Origin: Pseudomonadota bacterium
GTDB taxonomy: Bacteria > Pseudomonadota > Alphaproteobacteria > Caulobacterales > Caulobacteraceae
Direction: 5' to 3'
Assembly (NCBI GenBank): GCA_040388315.1
Contig: JAZKBZ010000021.1
Coordinates: forward strand, 1,960 to 65,959
Length of the DNA: 64,000 bases
In this document: one piece after another, positions 49,403 through 59,588 of the stretch
Layout: each line of letters begins with the position of its first letter
Numbering within the stretch: position 1 is the first letter of the stretch
Position numbers and translations under genes: made by a program
Notes under the pieces: generated by a model
What the model saw: the letters and a program-made list of their open reading frames with translations, nothing else
What the model was told of the DNA's origin: nothing
Database searches by the model: none

Positions 49403-52224
49403 CAGGGGGCTTTAGCAGCTTTCCTCAAGCTGGGGCTGTCCAGATCGAGCTCGGCGGCGGGGATCACCTCCAGGTCGGGGCGGCGGGTCTTCAGACCCTC
49501 GGCGAAGCTCTTGGCGTCGCCGGCGACGATGACGCTGACCTTGGCCGGATCAAGCTTGGTCCTGGCGAAGTCCTGCACCTGGGCCCCGGTCACCGCCTCC
49601 ACCTTGCCCGTATAGGCGTTCATTTCGGTGAGCGGCACGCCGTAGAGGGCGAGGTTCCCCAGGATGTCGGCCAGGCCGTCGGTGGTCTCCAGCTGGCGGC
49701 CGAAACCGCCGATCAGCACCGACTTGCGGGCCTTCAGTTCGTCGGCCCCGGGCAGGGTCGAGGTCAGGCCCTTCATCTCGGCCAGGATCAGGTCCAGCAC
49801 CTGGGGCGCGGACTCGTTCTTGGTCTGGGCCGCGGCGCGGAACAGGCCGGTGGTCCGCCGCGGCGTCAGGGACGAACTGGCGCCGTAGGACAGGCCGCGC
49901 TTGATGCGAATCTCCTGGTTCAGCCGGGCCGAGTAGCCGCCCCCCAGCACGGTGTTGGTGACGATGCCCGGATAGTAGGCCGGGTCGTTGCGGGGGATGG
50001 AGGGGCCGGCCACGCTCACCGCCGCCTGGCCGGTTCCGGGCAGGTCGATGGCGATGGCCCGCGGCTTGGCGGCCGGCGTGATGGTCGGCGCGGCGGGGGT
50101 CGCGGTCGCCGGCTTCTTCCAGTCGCCGAAGGTCCGTTCGGCGAGCGCGAAGCCCTGGGCCGGGGTGATCTTGCCGGTGAGGATCAGGATGGCGTTGTCG
50201 GGCCGATAGTAGGCGTCGTGCAGCTTCACCAGGTCGCCGGTGGCGAACCTGGCCACCGAGGCCGGGGTGCCGCCGGCCACATGGCCGAAGGCGGTGCCGG
50301 CGAAGACCGTCGGGCCCGCGGCGAAGGACGCCAGCTGTCCCGGCTCCTGATAGGCCACCGACAGGCCGTCCAGGGTCTGGGCCCGCTGGCGCTCCAGCTC
50401 CTCGCTGGCGAAGGCCGGGTTCTTGGCCACGTCGGCCATGATCGCCATGGCGGCGTCCAGGTTGCCCGGCATGACATTGAGGGTGACGGAGCTGCTCTCC
50501 TGGCCGCCGCCGGACTCCAGGGTCGCCCCCAGGGCCTCGGTCTGCTGGGCGATCTGCGGGGCGCTGCGGGTCTTGGTCCCTTCGGTCAGCATGCCGGCGG
50601 TCATGTTGGCGACGCCCGCCAGGCCGACCGGATCGGCCCAGGCGCCGGTCTTCACGGTGAGATCGGCGGTCACCAGGGGCAACTTCGTGGACTGGGCGAC
50701 GATCACCCGCAGGCCGTTGGCCAGCGTCTTCTCGGCGGGCTTGGGCAGGACGGGGCTGACGGGTTCGGCGAGCGGCGGCGGGGCGACGCGCTGGCCTTCC
50801 GGGGCCAGTTCGCTGACCGGGCCGGCATACTTCACCGAGGCGACGACGGGGGCGGTCTCGGCGGCGGCGACCTCGCCCTTGGGCCGGTCGGAGTCCGGCA
50901 GGTAGCGGATGGTCATCCGCCGGTCGTCGGCCAGGTACTTGGCGGCCACCCGCTGCACGTCGGCGGCGGTCACCGCCTGCAGCTCGGCCAGTTCCTTGTT
51001 GGCCTGGGCGGCGTCGCCCTCGGTGCGCAGGGCGTAGCCCAGGGCGAAGGCGCGGCCGTCGATGGTCTCCCGCTCGCGAAGCTTGCCGGCCACCAGCTCG
51101 TTCTTGGCCTCCGACAGCTCGGCCGGCGTGGGCGGCGCGTCCCGCAGACGCTTCACCTGCGCCAGCAGGGCCTTCTCGCCCTCGTCGATGGTGTGGCCCG
51201 AGGCCATGATCGAGCCCACCATGAACATGCCGGGCTGCTGCGGCAGGTCGGCGCTGGAGAAGACCTGGGCCGAGATCTGCTGGTCGTAGACCAGCGCGTC
51301 ATAGAGCCTGGCCGACTTGCCCGAGGACAGGATGGCGTCCAGCACCTTCAGGGCCGGGGCGTCCGGGTCGGCGGCCTTGGGGCCCAACCAGGTGATGGCC
51401 ACGGCGGGCAGGGGGACGTTGGGACCGTAGCCGGTATAGACCCCGGGCCCGGTGCGTGGCGGCTCGACGGCGGTGACGCGCGCCAGCGGCTGGGCCGGGG
51501 GTTTCAGCGGGCCCATATATTTGTCGACCCAGGCGTTCAGCGCCTTCTCGTCGAAATTGCCCACCACGATCAGGGCGGCGTTGTCGGGCCGGTAATAGGC
51601 GGCGTGGAAGGCGCGCACGTCGTCGATGGTGGCGGCGTCCAGCTCCTCGATGGAGCCGATCCCCGGCCGCTTGTAGGGGTGGGTCGTGTAGCTGGCCTTG
51701 GGCAGGTACAGGGCGAACAGCCGGCCATAGGGGCTGGCCAGGACCCGCTGGCGCAGCTCCTCCTTCACCACGTCGCGCTCGGACTTGAAGTTGGCCTCGT
51801 CCACCACGAGGGAGCCCAGCCGCTCGCTCTCCACCCAGATCAGCCGCTCCAGGTGGTTGGCCGGCACCACCTCGTAATAGTTGGTGAAGTCGTCATAGGT
51901 CGACGCGTTGTTGATCCCGCCCACGTCCTCGGTGAAGCGGTCGATGCTCTCGGCCGGGAAGTCCTTGGTGGCCTTGAACATCATGTGTTCGAACAGGTGG
52001 GCGAAGCCCGAGCGGCCAAGCGGGTCGTCCTTCGACCCCACGCCGTACCAGACCTGCACCGTCACGTTCGGCGTGGCGCGGTCCAGCGAGGTGTACAGCT
52101 TCAGCCCATTGGCCAGGGTCCGTTCCTTGTAGGCGATCGGCGGAACCGTGTCGGCGGCGAAGGCGGGCGCGGTGGCGGCGAGCCCCAGGCTCAGGGCGGC
52201 GGCGCAGGCGAAGGTGCGGAACAT
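49402..52224 (-). CDS. Exported M16 (pitrilysin/PqqL-like) zinc peptidase
   Basis: Signal peptide, GFAHLFEHMMF (HxxEH), NASTYDDFTNY, duplicated M16 halves. Confidence 0.93.
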   Translation of the reverse strand: MFRTFACAAALSLGLAATAPAFAADTVPPIAYKERTLANGLKLYTSLDRATPNVTVQVWYGVGSKDDPLGRSGFAHLFEHMMFKATKDFPAESIDRFTEDVGGINNASTYDDFTNYYEVVPANHLERLIWVESERLGSLVVDEANFKSERDVVKEELRQRVLASPYGRLFALYLPKASYTTHPYKRPGIGSIEELDAATIDDVRAFHAAYYRPDNAALIVVGNFDEKALNAWVDKYMGPLKPPAQPLARVTAVEPPRTGPGVYTGYGPNVPLPAVAITWLGPKAADPDAPALKVLDAILSSGKSARLYDALVYDQQISAQVFSSADLPQQPGMFMVGSIMASGHTIDEGEKALLAQVKRLRDAPPTPAELSEAKNELVAGKLRERETIDGRAFALGYALRTEGDAAQANKELAELQAVTAADVQRVAAKYLADDRRMTIRYLPDSDRPKGEVAAAETAPVVASVKYAGPVSELAPEGQRVAPPPLAEPVSPVLPKPAEKTLANGLRVIVAQSTKLPLVTADLTVKTGAWADPVGLAGVANMTAGMLTEGTKTRSAPQIAQQTEALGATLESGGGQESSSVTLNVMPGNLDAAMAIMADVAKNPAFASEELERQRAQTLDGLSVAYQEPGQLASFAAGPTVFAGTAFGHVAGGTPASVARFATGDLVKLHDAYYRPDNAILILTGKITPAQGFALAERTFGDWKKPATATPAAPTITPAAKPRAIAIDLPGTGQAAVSVAGPSIPRNDPAYYPGIVTNTVLGGGYSARLNQEIRIKRGLSYGASSSLTPRRTTGLFRAAAQTKNESAPQVLDLILAEMKGLTSTLPGADELKARKSVLIGGFGRQLETTDGLADILGNLALYGVPLTEMNAYTGKVEAVTGAQVQDFARTKLDPAKVSVIVAGDAKSFAEGLKTRRPDLEVIPAAELDLDSPSLRKAAKAP

Positions 52225-52320
52225 GGACGCGTCTCGAAGGGGCTGGGTCACCGCGAACCTAGCACCCGCGACGCGCGAGGGAAGCTTACGGGATTGTCAT
52301 GGAAAGCCGTTCCCCAACCT

Positions 52321-52357
52321 GATCGTCATGGCCGGGCTTGTCCCGGCCATGACGATC
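52321..52357. repeat. REP-like palindrome, family B
   Basis: Perfect 16-bp stem GATCGTCATGGCCGGG-CTTGT-CCCGGCCATGACGATC. Confidence 0.8.
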
Positions 52358-52366
52358 TTCAGGGTT

Positions 52367-53059
52367 CTACGCCGCCAGACCCAGCCCCTCGCTCAGGTGG
52401 GCGAAGTCGTCGGCCGAGATGTTGGGTCGGACGGCCACCGACAGGATGGCGCCGAAGGCCTCGGCGGGCGCATTGGCGCGCATCGCGCTGAGCATGCCGA
52501 TGCGGTCGGCGCGGGTGGCGGCCGGAATCATCAGGCTGGCCACGGCCACCATCTCCTCGGGCGGGATCTGGCTGACGATGGCGTCCTCCAGGGCCATCAG
52601 CTCCTCGTCGGAAAACAGGCTCTGCAGGATCGGCAGCATCAGCTGCTCCTCCTCGGCCATGTGGGCGAAGTCGTCGGCGGCGAACAGCGAGAAGCGCAGA
52701 TAGAGCGCCCGCAGCAGGGGCGTCTTAGCCGGCCCCTCGGCGTGTTCGATGCGGCAGACCAGGGTTTCGATGTCCTCGAAGGTCGCCCGGTGATGCTCGT
52801 GGGCCTGGGCCAGGCGGGAGGTGGAGCCGGGGGCGCGGGCCTCCAGGGCGGTGTGGATCACCGCGTCCTCGTGGACCAGGTGCTGCTCCGACAGGCGCAG
52901 CTGGGCGCGCAGGTCGGCCAGCAGCTGGGGCAGGTCGGCGTCGCCGGCGTCGGCGGCGCCCAGGCGGGTCAGCATCTGGCAAAGGCCCAGACGGATACCC
53001 TTGTGGATCGGGGCGTAGAAGTCGTGGGTGGCGCGGGGTTTGGCTTGGATGAAGGACAC
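52367..53059 (-). CDS. Hemerythrin/HHE-domain protein
   Basis: GTG start with GGAGA SD; IHKGIR, HLVHED..IH, HEHH, HMAEEE di-iron pattern. Confidence 0.82.
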   Translation of the reverse strand: MSFIQAKPRATHDFYAPIHKGIRLGLCQMLTRLGAADAGDADLPQLLADLRAQLRLSEQHLVHEDAVIHTALEARAPGSTSRLAQAHEHHRATFEDIETLVCRIEHAEGPAKTPLLRALYLRFSLFAADDFAHMAEEEQLMLPILQSLFSDEELMALEDAIVSQIPPEEMVAVASLMIPAATRADRIGMLSAMRANAPAEAFGAILSVAVRPNISADDFAHLSEGLGLAA

Positions 53060-53120
53060 AGGAGTCTCCGCCCGCCGCGGCGTCCGCGGCGGGTCTCCAG
53101 AAGGGGGATGGGGAGGGGGG

Positions 53121-53783
53121 CTAGGCGGCCTTGGCCTGGCCGAGGGCCGAGACGAAGCCGTTGAAGCCGGCATAGGTGGCGTCCCAGGACGGCAGGGCCT
53201 TCATCCGCGCGATCCAGGCCTGGATGTTGGGATAGGGGCTGAAGTCGAAGCTCGAGGCCTCGCCCAGGGTCACGAAGGCCGAGCCGAGATAGTCGGCCAG
53301 GCTGATCTCGCCGCCGCAGACGAAGGGCCGGTCGCCCAGCATGTGACGGTCCAGCACGGTCAGCCAGCGCGGGGCGTGCTCGGTCCCGAAGGCCACCATG
53401 GCCTGGGCCAGGTCGGGGTCCACCCCGTGTGGGATGCCGAAGTTCGGATAGACCGTGAACAGGCAGAAGTACTCGTGGAAATTGGTGGCGAACCAGTCGA
53501 GCGCCTCGTTGACCCGGGCCCGGGCCTTGAGTTCGGTGGGATAGGCGGGCGAGCCGACCTTGTCGGCCAGGTACTTCAGGATCGCCGAGGATTCGCCCAG
53601 CGCGAAATCGCCGTCCGCCAGGAAGGGCACCACGCCGTTGGGGTTCACCGCCAGATAGGCGGCCTCGCGGTTGGCCTGGGTCATCAGGTCCACATGGACC
53701 CGCTCCAGCGGGATGCCGGCCTCGGCGGCGAACAGCATCACGGGGCGCGAGGTGGTGGAGATCGGGTCACAATAGAGTTTCAT
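53121..53783 (-). CDS. Glutathione S-transferase family protein
   Basis: VNPNGVVPFL, LGESSAILKYL, SLADY, YPNIQAW. Confidence 0.93.
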   Translation of the reverse strand: MKLYCDPISTTSRPVMLFAAEAGIPLERVHVDLMTQANREAAYLAVNPNGVVPFLADGDFALGESSAILKYLADKVGSPAYPTELKARARVNEALDWFATNFHEYFCLFTVYPNFGIPHGVDPDLAQAMVAFGTEHAPRWLTVLDRHMLGDRPFVCGGEISLADYLGSAFVTLGEASSFDFSPYPNIQAWIARMKALPSWDATYAGFNGFVSALGQAKAA

Positions 53784-53894
53784 CGGGGCGTCTTGTTCTT
53801 GTCAGGGTTGCGGGGGGCGGGGTTTAGTTCGACGAACGTGGGTCAGCAATCAGCGGTCTTGCAGGAAGGTTCTGCGGAAATGCAGAATGGGGCG

Positions 53895-54848
53895 ATGTTC
53901 GACTGGAACGATCTCAAGGCCTTTCTCGCCGTCGCCCGCGGCGGCTCGACCCTGGCCGCGGCCAGGACCCTGAAGATCAACCAGACCACGGTGGCCCGGC
54001 GCATCGAGGCCCTGGAGACGGCCCTGGGGTTGAAACTGTTCGAGCGCGGCCAGGCCGGCAGCCGGCTCACCGAGGCCGGCGAGGACCTGCTGGCCGAGGC
54101 CGAGCGGATGGAGGTTTCCGCCAAGGCCTTCGCCAACCGGGCCGGCGCCCACCAGCGCGGCCTGGCCGGGACGCTGAAGGTCACCTCCACCGAGATCCTC
54201 GCCAACCTGGCCATCACCCCGGCCCTGGTGGGATTCCGGGAGCTCTATCCCGACGTGAAGGTCGATCTGATCCTCAGCGACCTGCCCCTCGACCTGGCGG
54301 CCGGCGAGGCCGACGTCGCCATCCGGGCGGGCCAGGCCCTGACGGTGTCGGACCTGGTGGCCCGCAAGCTGGCCGATTTCGAGTTCGCCCTCTATTGCAG
54401 CCGCGACTACGCCGCCCGCCGCGGCGTGCCCGCCACCCTGGAGGACCTGCGCCAGCACGACCTGATCGGCGGGGAGGGGGGCCGCCTGGCGCTGCCGGGA
54501 ACCCGCTGGATGTTCGAGCAGGTGCCCGGCGCGGTCCCGGCCCATTCCTCGAACTCGATGACCAATCTGAACCTGGCGGTGAAGGCGGGCCTGGGCATCG
54601 CGCCCATCGGTTGCCTGCTGGCCGACCTCGACCCCGACCTGATCCAGATCTGGCCGCCGATCCCCGACTTGAGCGCCAGCGCCTGGGTGGTGACCCGGGC
54701 CGAACTGAAGGACACCCCGCGGGTGCGGGCCTTCATCGACTTCATCGTCCCCCACGTCGCCACCCTGCGCCGCACCCTGGAAGCCCAGGGCGCGGCCATG
54801 AAGGCCGAAAAGGCCGCCGCGGTGGTGGCCTTCCCGAAGACGGGTTGA
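53895..54848 (+). CDS. LysR family transcriptional regulator
   Basis: MFDWNDLKAFLAVARGGSTLAAA..NQTTVARRIEALE..LFER HTH; divergent from the GST. Alternative start at 53880. Confidence 0.95.
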   Translation: MFDWNDLKAFLAVARGGSTLAAARTLKINQTTVARRIEALETALGLKLFERGQAGSRLTEAGEDLLAEAERMEVSAKAFANRAGAHQRGLAGTLKVTSTEILANLAITPALVGFRELYPDVKVDLILSDLPLDLAAGEADVAIRAGQALTVSDLVARKLADFEFALYCSRDYAARRGVPATLEDLRQHDLIGGEGGRLALPGTRWMFEQVPGAVPAHSSNSMTNLNLAVKAGLGIAPIGCLLADLDPDLIQIWPPIPDLSASAWVVTRAELKDTPRVRAFIDFIVPHVATLRRTLEAQGAAMKAEKAAAVVAFPKTG

Positions 54849-54896
54849 ATAGGTTTCCGCCCCCTGGCGAAGCGTCTGGGGGAGGGGAACCCAGTC

Positions 54897-55880
54897 CTAC
54901 TCCGCTAGCTTCACCAGCATCTTGCCGGCGTTGCGGCCTTCCATCAGGCCGATCAGGGCGGCCGGCGCGTTGGCGATCCCGTCCAGGACGGTCTCCTGGT
55001 ACTTGACGCGGCCGTCCTTCAGCCAGCCGGCCATGTCGCGCTGGAAGTCGGCGTACATGTGCATGAAGTCCGTGCCCACGAAGCCCCGCAGCATCACCCG
55101 CGAATAGATGATGTTGGACAGGTTCGAGACGTTGGAGTGGCCGGAATTGTAGCCGGAGATGAAGCCGCAGACCGGGATGCGGCCGAGCGTGTTCATGCGG
55201 CGCAGGGCCGCCTCCAGGTGATCGCCCCCGACATTGTCGAAATAGACGTCGATCCCCTTGGGGGTGGCGGCCTCCAGCTGGCCGCGGATCGGGGCGTCCT
55301 TGTAGTTGATGACGGCGTCGAGGCCGACCTCGTCCTTCAGCCAGGCCGCCTTCTCCGCGCTGCCGGTGGAGCCCACCACGTAGCAGTCCTTGATCTTGGC
55401 GATCTGGGCGGCCACCGAGCCCACGGCCCCGCCGGCGGTGGAAACGAAGACCTGTTCACCGTCCTTCAGGGCGCCGATGTGCAGCAGGCCGCCATAGGCG
55501 GTGAAGCCGGTCATGCCGAGGGCGTGCATGTGGACGGTCAGGGAGAGGTCCGGATCGGGGGTGAGCTTGGTGAGGCCCTTGCCGTCGCTGGTGAAGTATT
55601 CGCGGAAGCCCAGGCGGTTGGAGACCAGGTCGCCGACGGCGAAGTCCCCGTTCTTCGACTGGACGACGCGGCCCAGGGCCCCGCCCATCATGGCCTCGCC
55701 CAGGGCCTGGCCGGCGGTCAGGCGCGGCCGCATGGCCGGGTCCACCGACATATAGAGGTTCTGCACCAGCACCTCGCCGTCGGCGGCGTCGGGAACCTGG
55801 GTTTCGACGACCGCGAACTGGTCGACCGTGGGCATGCCCTTGGGGCGCTCGATGAGGTGGATTTCGCGGCTGACGGGCAT
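54897..55880 (-). CDS. NADP-dependent oxidoreductase (CurA/YncB, MDR superfamily)
   Basis: YMSVDPAMR, LGMTGFTAYGGL, AGGAVGS, GIDVYFDNVGG, GRNAGKMLV. Confidence 0.93.
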   Translation of the reverse strand: MPVSREIHLIERPKGMPTVDQFAVVETQVPDAADGEVLVQNLYMSVDPAMRPRLTAGQALGEAMMGGALGRVVQSKNGDFAVGDLVSNRLGFREYFTSDGKGLTKLTPDPDLSLTVHMHALGMTGFTAYGGLLHIGALKDGEQVFVSTAGGAVGSVAAQIAKIKDCYVVGSTGSAEKAAWLKDEVGLDAVINYKDAPIRGQLEAATPKGIDVYFDNVGGDHLEAALRRMNTLGRIPVCGFISGYNSGHSNVSNLSNIIYSRVMLRGFVGTDFMHMYADFQRDMAGWLKDGRVKYQETVLDGIANAPAALIGLMEGRNAGKMLVKLAE

Positions 55881-55975
55881 GTCGCCCTCCCATTCTGGAA
55901 TTTGAAAAAGCTAAAAATTCACCGATCACGCAATGTGATGGATCGGTGGGTCCAGTCTGTCACAGGCCCCTCCCG

Positions 55976-56956
55976 TCAGGGAAGGGCGTCGCCCCAGTCG
56001 AGGCGCCGGGCCCAGGCGTAGGCGGCCTTGTCGCGGCGGGGGACGTCGGCCAGCTCGGCGGTCCCCGACGGCGTGCAGAGCTTGAAGGTGATGGCGGGCT
56101 TGGCGGTGCGCGGCGGGGCCAGGATGCGGGCGGTGGGCGTCCGGGCGCTCACCGAGGCCCGGGCGGCGACCAGGTAGATAAATTTTTCGTCTTCGAAGGG
56201 CAGGTCGGCGCCCTTGGCCAGGCGGTGGTCGCGGGACCGCGGCAGGCGCTGGACGAAATGGCACCAGTCCGGCGGGGTCAGCGGGCAGGCCAGGGCGTGG
56301 GGGCAGGGGGCCAGCAGGGTCGCGCCGGCCGCGATCAAGGTCTCGCGGGCGGCCAGGATGCGGCGATAGCCGTCCGGGGTTCCAGGCTCGACCAGGGCCA
56401 GCATCCCGTCGGTCGCGCCCCACAGGTCGGAGACGGTCTCCGCCTGACGCGCCGCCGGGATTTCGGCCAGGGCGTAGCTGGCGATCACCAGGTCGGCCTG
56501 GGGCCAGTCGGCAGCCGGCGCGGTGAGGTCGCCGCGTAAGAATTTCGCGTCCTTGAGCGCCCCGTGGCCCTCGGAGGCCAGCTTGGCGGCCATGTCCAGG
56601 AAGGGGCGGCTGGAATCCAGCAGGGTCACCGACCCCAGGCCCGGCCAGGTCTCCAGGGCCGCCCAGCTCGCCCCGCCGGGGCCCGCGCCGGCGTCGAGCA
56701 GGCGGGCCGGCGCGAAGTCCGGCGCCATCCGCCGGGCCTCGGCCAGCACATAGGCGCAGGCGGCGTAGGTGGCCGGCAGGCGCGAGAGCACATAGGCGAT
56801 CGCGTCGGCCTCGTCGGTGACCACCACCTTGGAGGTCTCGCCGCCGCGATAGCCGCTCGAAATCCTGGCCGAGCGCTCGGCCAGGCCCTTGCGGGAGACG
56901 CCGTCGAGCAGGCGGTCGGCGGCGAGGCGGAGGGCGGCGGGCAGGTCGGGGCTCAT
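55976..56956 (-). CDS. Rsm22/METTL17-family SAM-dependent methyltransferase-like protein
   Basis: AYVLSRLPATYAA, LLDAGAGPG, LVEPGTPDGY, APCPHALACP..DWCHF, EDEKFIY. Confidence 0.85.
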   Translation of the reverse strand: MSPDLPAALRLAADRLLDGVSRKGLAERSARISSGYRGGETSKVVVTDEADAIAYVLSRLPATYAACAYVLAEARRMAPDFAPARLLDAGAGPGGASWAALETWPGLGSVTLLDSSRPFLDMAAKLASEGHGALKDAKFLRGDLTAPAADWPQADLVIASYALAEIPAARQAETVSDLWGATDGMLALVEPGTPDGYRRILAARETLIAAGATLLAPCPHALACPLTPPDWCHFVQRLPRSRDHRLAKGADLPFEDEKFIYLVAARASVSARTPTARILAPPRTAKPAITFKLCTPSGTAELADVPRRDKAAYAWARRLDWGDALP

Positions 56957-56965
56957 GGGAAGGCT

Positions 56966-57556
56966 TTAGCCCGCCGGGGCCGCCCGCGCCAAACTCTCCC
57001 GCTTCAGGGCGCCCAGGGCCATCAGCACGTCGCGGCGCAGGGCCAGGCGGGCGAGGGTCCCAGGGACCGCATAGGGGCTGGCGGCGCGGTTCTCATAGAC
57101 CACGCGGGTGGCCCGGCCGCCGCGCAGGGGGATCAGCCGCCACTCGCCCTCCAGGACCTTCAGGTCGCCGTCGGTGCGCTTGAAGCGCAGGCGCCTCGGC
57201 GGATCGAAATCCGAGCGCACCACGCTGCGGAACCGGGGCATCAGGCCGGGGCGGGCGATCTGTTCGCGTATGTCCCAGCGTCCGGCCGGATCGCGCTCCA
57301 GGACCCGGCAGCTCTTGAGGCTGGGCGCCATGCGAGGGGCGAGATCGCAGTCGGTGAGCACCGCCCAGACCACCTCCGGCGCGGCGGCGATCTCCACCCC
57401 GGCGCGGATCAGGCCCGAGGCGCCGTCCGGATCGGGACGGACCTCCACATAGGTCTGGCCCCGGGTCAGCTGCGACAGGACCTGGCCCGGCGGCTCCCAG
57501 GCCCAGACCGGAGAGGCCTGGACCAGGAGGGCGGCGAGGGCGAGGGCCAGGCGCAT
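56966..57556 (-). CDS. Exported SRPBCC (START-like) family protein
   Basis: Signal peptide; VEIAAAPEVVWAVLTD, GDLKVLEGEWRL. Confidence 0.8.
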   Translation of the reverse strand: MRLALALAALLVQASPVWAWEPPGQVLSQLTRGQTYVEVRPDPDGASGLIRAGVEIAAAPEVVWAVLTDCDLAPRMAPSLKSCRVLERDPAGRWDIREQIARPGLMPRFRSVVRSDFDPPRRLRFKRTDGDLKVLEGEWRLIPLRGGRATRVVYENRAASPYAVPGTLARLALRRDVLMALGALKRESLARAAPAG

Positions 57557-57571
57557 GCCGCGGGCCCGCCC

Positions 57572-59512
57572 TCAGCTTCCGACGCGGTTCTTCACTAGGT
57601 CGTCCACCACCGACGGGTCGGCCAGGGTCGAGGTGTCGCCCAGGTTGGAGAGGTCGTTTTCGGCGATCTTGCGCAGGATGCGGCGCATGATCTTGCCCGA
57701 GCGGGTCTTGGGCAGGCCCGGCGCGAACTGCACCACGTCGGGCGCCGCGAAGGGCCCGATCTCCCGGCGGACCCAGCCCTTGAGCTCGGCCTGCAGGATG
57801 TCGGTGGGGACCACCTCGGCCTTCAGGGTCACGAAGCAGTAGACGCCCTGGCCCTTGATGTCGTGCGGGAAGCCGACCACGGCGGCCTCGGCGACGTTCT
57901 CGTTGCTCACCAGGGCGCTCTCGATCTCGGCGGTGCCAAGGCGGTGGCCGGAGACGTTGATCACGTCGTCCACCCGGCCGGTGATCCAGTAATAGCCGTC
58001 CTCGTCCCGGCGGCAGCCGTCGCCGGTGAAATATTTACCGGCATAGGTGGAGAAATAGGTGTCGAAGAAGCGCTGGTGGTCGCCATAGACGGTGCGCATC
58101 TGGCCGGGCCAGGAGTCGGTGATCACCAGGTTGCCGCTGACAGCCCCGTGCAGGGTCTGGCCCTCGGCGTCCACCAGCTCGAACTTGATCCCCGGCAGGG
58201 GCTTGGCGCAGGAGCCGGGCTTCAGCGGCGTGGCGCCGGGCAGGGGGGAGGCCAGGCAGGCCCCGGTCTCGGTCTGCCAGTAGGTGTCGACGATGGGGCA
58301 GCGGCCGTCCCCCACCACCCGGTGGTACCAGAGCCAGGCCTCGGGATTGATCGGCTCGCCCACCGTGCCCAGCAGGCGCAGGGACTTGCGCGAGGTCTTC
58401 TTCACCGGGGCGTCGCCGTCGCGCATCAGGGCGCGGATGGCGGTGGGGGCGGTGTAGAAGGTGTTGACCTTGTGCTTGTCGATCACCTCCCAGAACCGGG
58501 AATTGGTCGGATAGTTGGGCACGCCCTCGAACATCACTGAGGTGGCGGCGTTGGCCAGGGGTCCGTAGACCACATAGGAGTGGCCGGTGACCCAGCCCAC
58601 GTCGGCGGTGCACCAGAAGACCTCGCCGGGCTGGTAGTCGAAGACCAGTTCGTGGGTGTGCGCCGCCCACACCAGATAGCCGCCGGTGGTGTGCAGCACC
58701 CCCTTGGGCTTCCCGGTCGACCCCGACGTGTAGAGGATGAACAGCGGGTCCTCGGCGTTCATCGGCTCGGGCTCGCAGGTGTCGGCGACGCTCTGCTTGA
58801 GGTCCGAATAGAAGGCGTCGCGGCCGGCTTTCATCGGCACGTCGGCCCGGGTACGGCGCACCACGACGACGTCGGTGACGCCCGGGCACTGCTCCAGGGC
58901 CTCGTCGACATTGCGCTTCAGGGGCACGATCTTGCCGCCCCGCAGGCCCTCGTCGGCGGTGATGACGATCCTGGAGTCGCAGTCCTGGATGCGGCCGGCG
59001 ATGCTGTCGGGGGAGAAGCCGCCGAAGATCACCGAATGGACCGCCCCGATGCGGGCGCAGGCCAGCATGGCCACGGCGGCCTGGGGGATCATCGGCAGAT
59101 AGATGGTGACCCGGTCACCCTTCTGGACGCCCTTGGCCTTCAGCACATTGGCCATGCGGCAGGTTTCGGCGTGCAGCTGGCGGTAGGTCAGGTTGTCCCA
59201 GGGCTCGCCCTCGTCGCTCTCCCAGATGATCGCCACCTGGTCGCCGCGGGCCTCCAGGTGCCGGTCCAGGCAGTTGACCGAGACGTTCAGCACGCCGTCG
59301 GCGTACCAGCGGATATGGAAGGGATGCTTGTGGAAGGAGGTGTCCTTCACCTCCGTGAAGGGCTTGATCCAGTCGAGCCGGCCGGCGACGTCGCGCCAGT
59401 AGCCGTCGGGGTCGGTCTCCACGCGTTGAACCGCCGCCTCATAGGCCTGCGCGTTCATCTTGGTCCGCTTGGCCCAGGCCGCGGGAACCGGGAAAACTTC
59501 GCCCTCGCTCAC
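57572..59512 (-). CDS. acs: Acetyl-CoA synthetase
   Basis: [45 protein letters not shown]. Confidence 0.98.
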   Translation of the reverse strand: MSEGEVFPVPAAWAKRTKMNAQAYEAAVQRVETDPDGYWRDVAGRLDWIKPFTEVKDTSFHKHPFHIRWYADGVLNVSVNCLDRHLEARGDQVAIIWESDEGEPWDNLTYRQLHAETCRMANVLKAKGVQKGDRVTIYLPMIPQAAVAMLACARIGAVHSVIFGGFSPDSIAGRIQDCDSRIVITADEGLRGGKIVPLKRNVDEALEQCPGVTDVVVVRRTRADVPMKAGRDAFYSDLKQSVADTCEPEPMNAEDPLFILYTSGSTGKPKGVLHTTGGYLVWAAHTHELVFDYQPGEVFWCTADVGWVTGHSYVVYGPLANAATSVMFEGVPNYPTNSRFWEVIDKHKVNTFYTAPTAIRALMRDGDAPVKKTSRKSLRLLGTVGEPINPEAWLWYHRVVGDGRCPIVDTYWQTETGACLASPLPGATPLKPGSCAKPLPGIKFELVDAEGQTLHGAVSGNLVITDSWPGQMRTVYGDHQRFFDTYFSTYAGKYFTGDGCRRDEDGYYWITGRVDDVINVSGHRLGTAEIESALVSNENVAEAAVVGFPHDIKGQGVYCFVTLKAEVVPTDILQAELKGWVRREIGPFAAPDVVQFAPGLPKTRSGKIMRRILRKIAENDLSNLGDTSTLADPSVVDDLVKNRVGS

Positions 59513-59588
59513 CGTTCACACTCCCATCAAATCTTGGCTGCGAGTTATGCGGAGGGCGCCACGTCGGCGCAACAGGCTCGGCTAGAAA

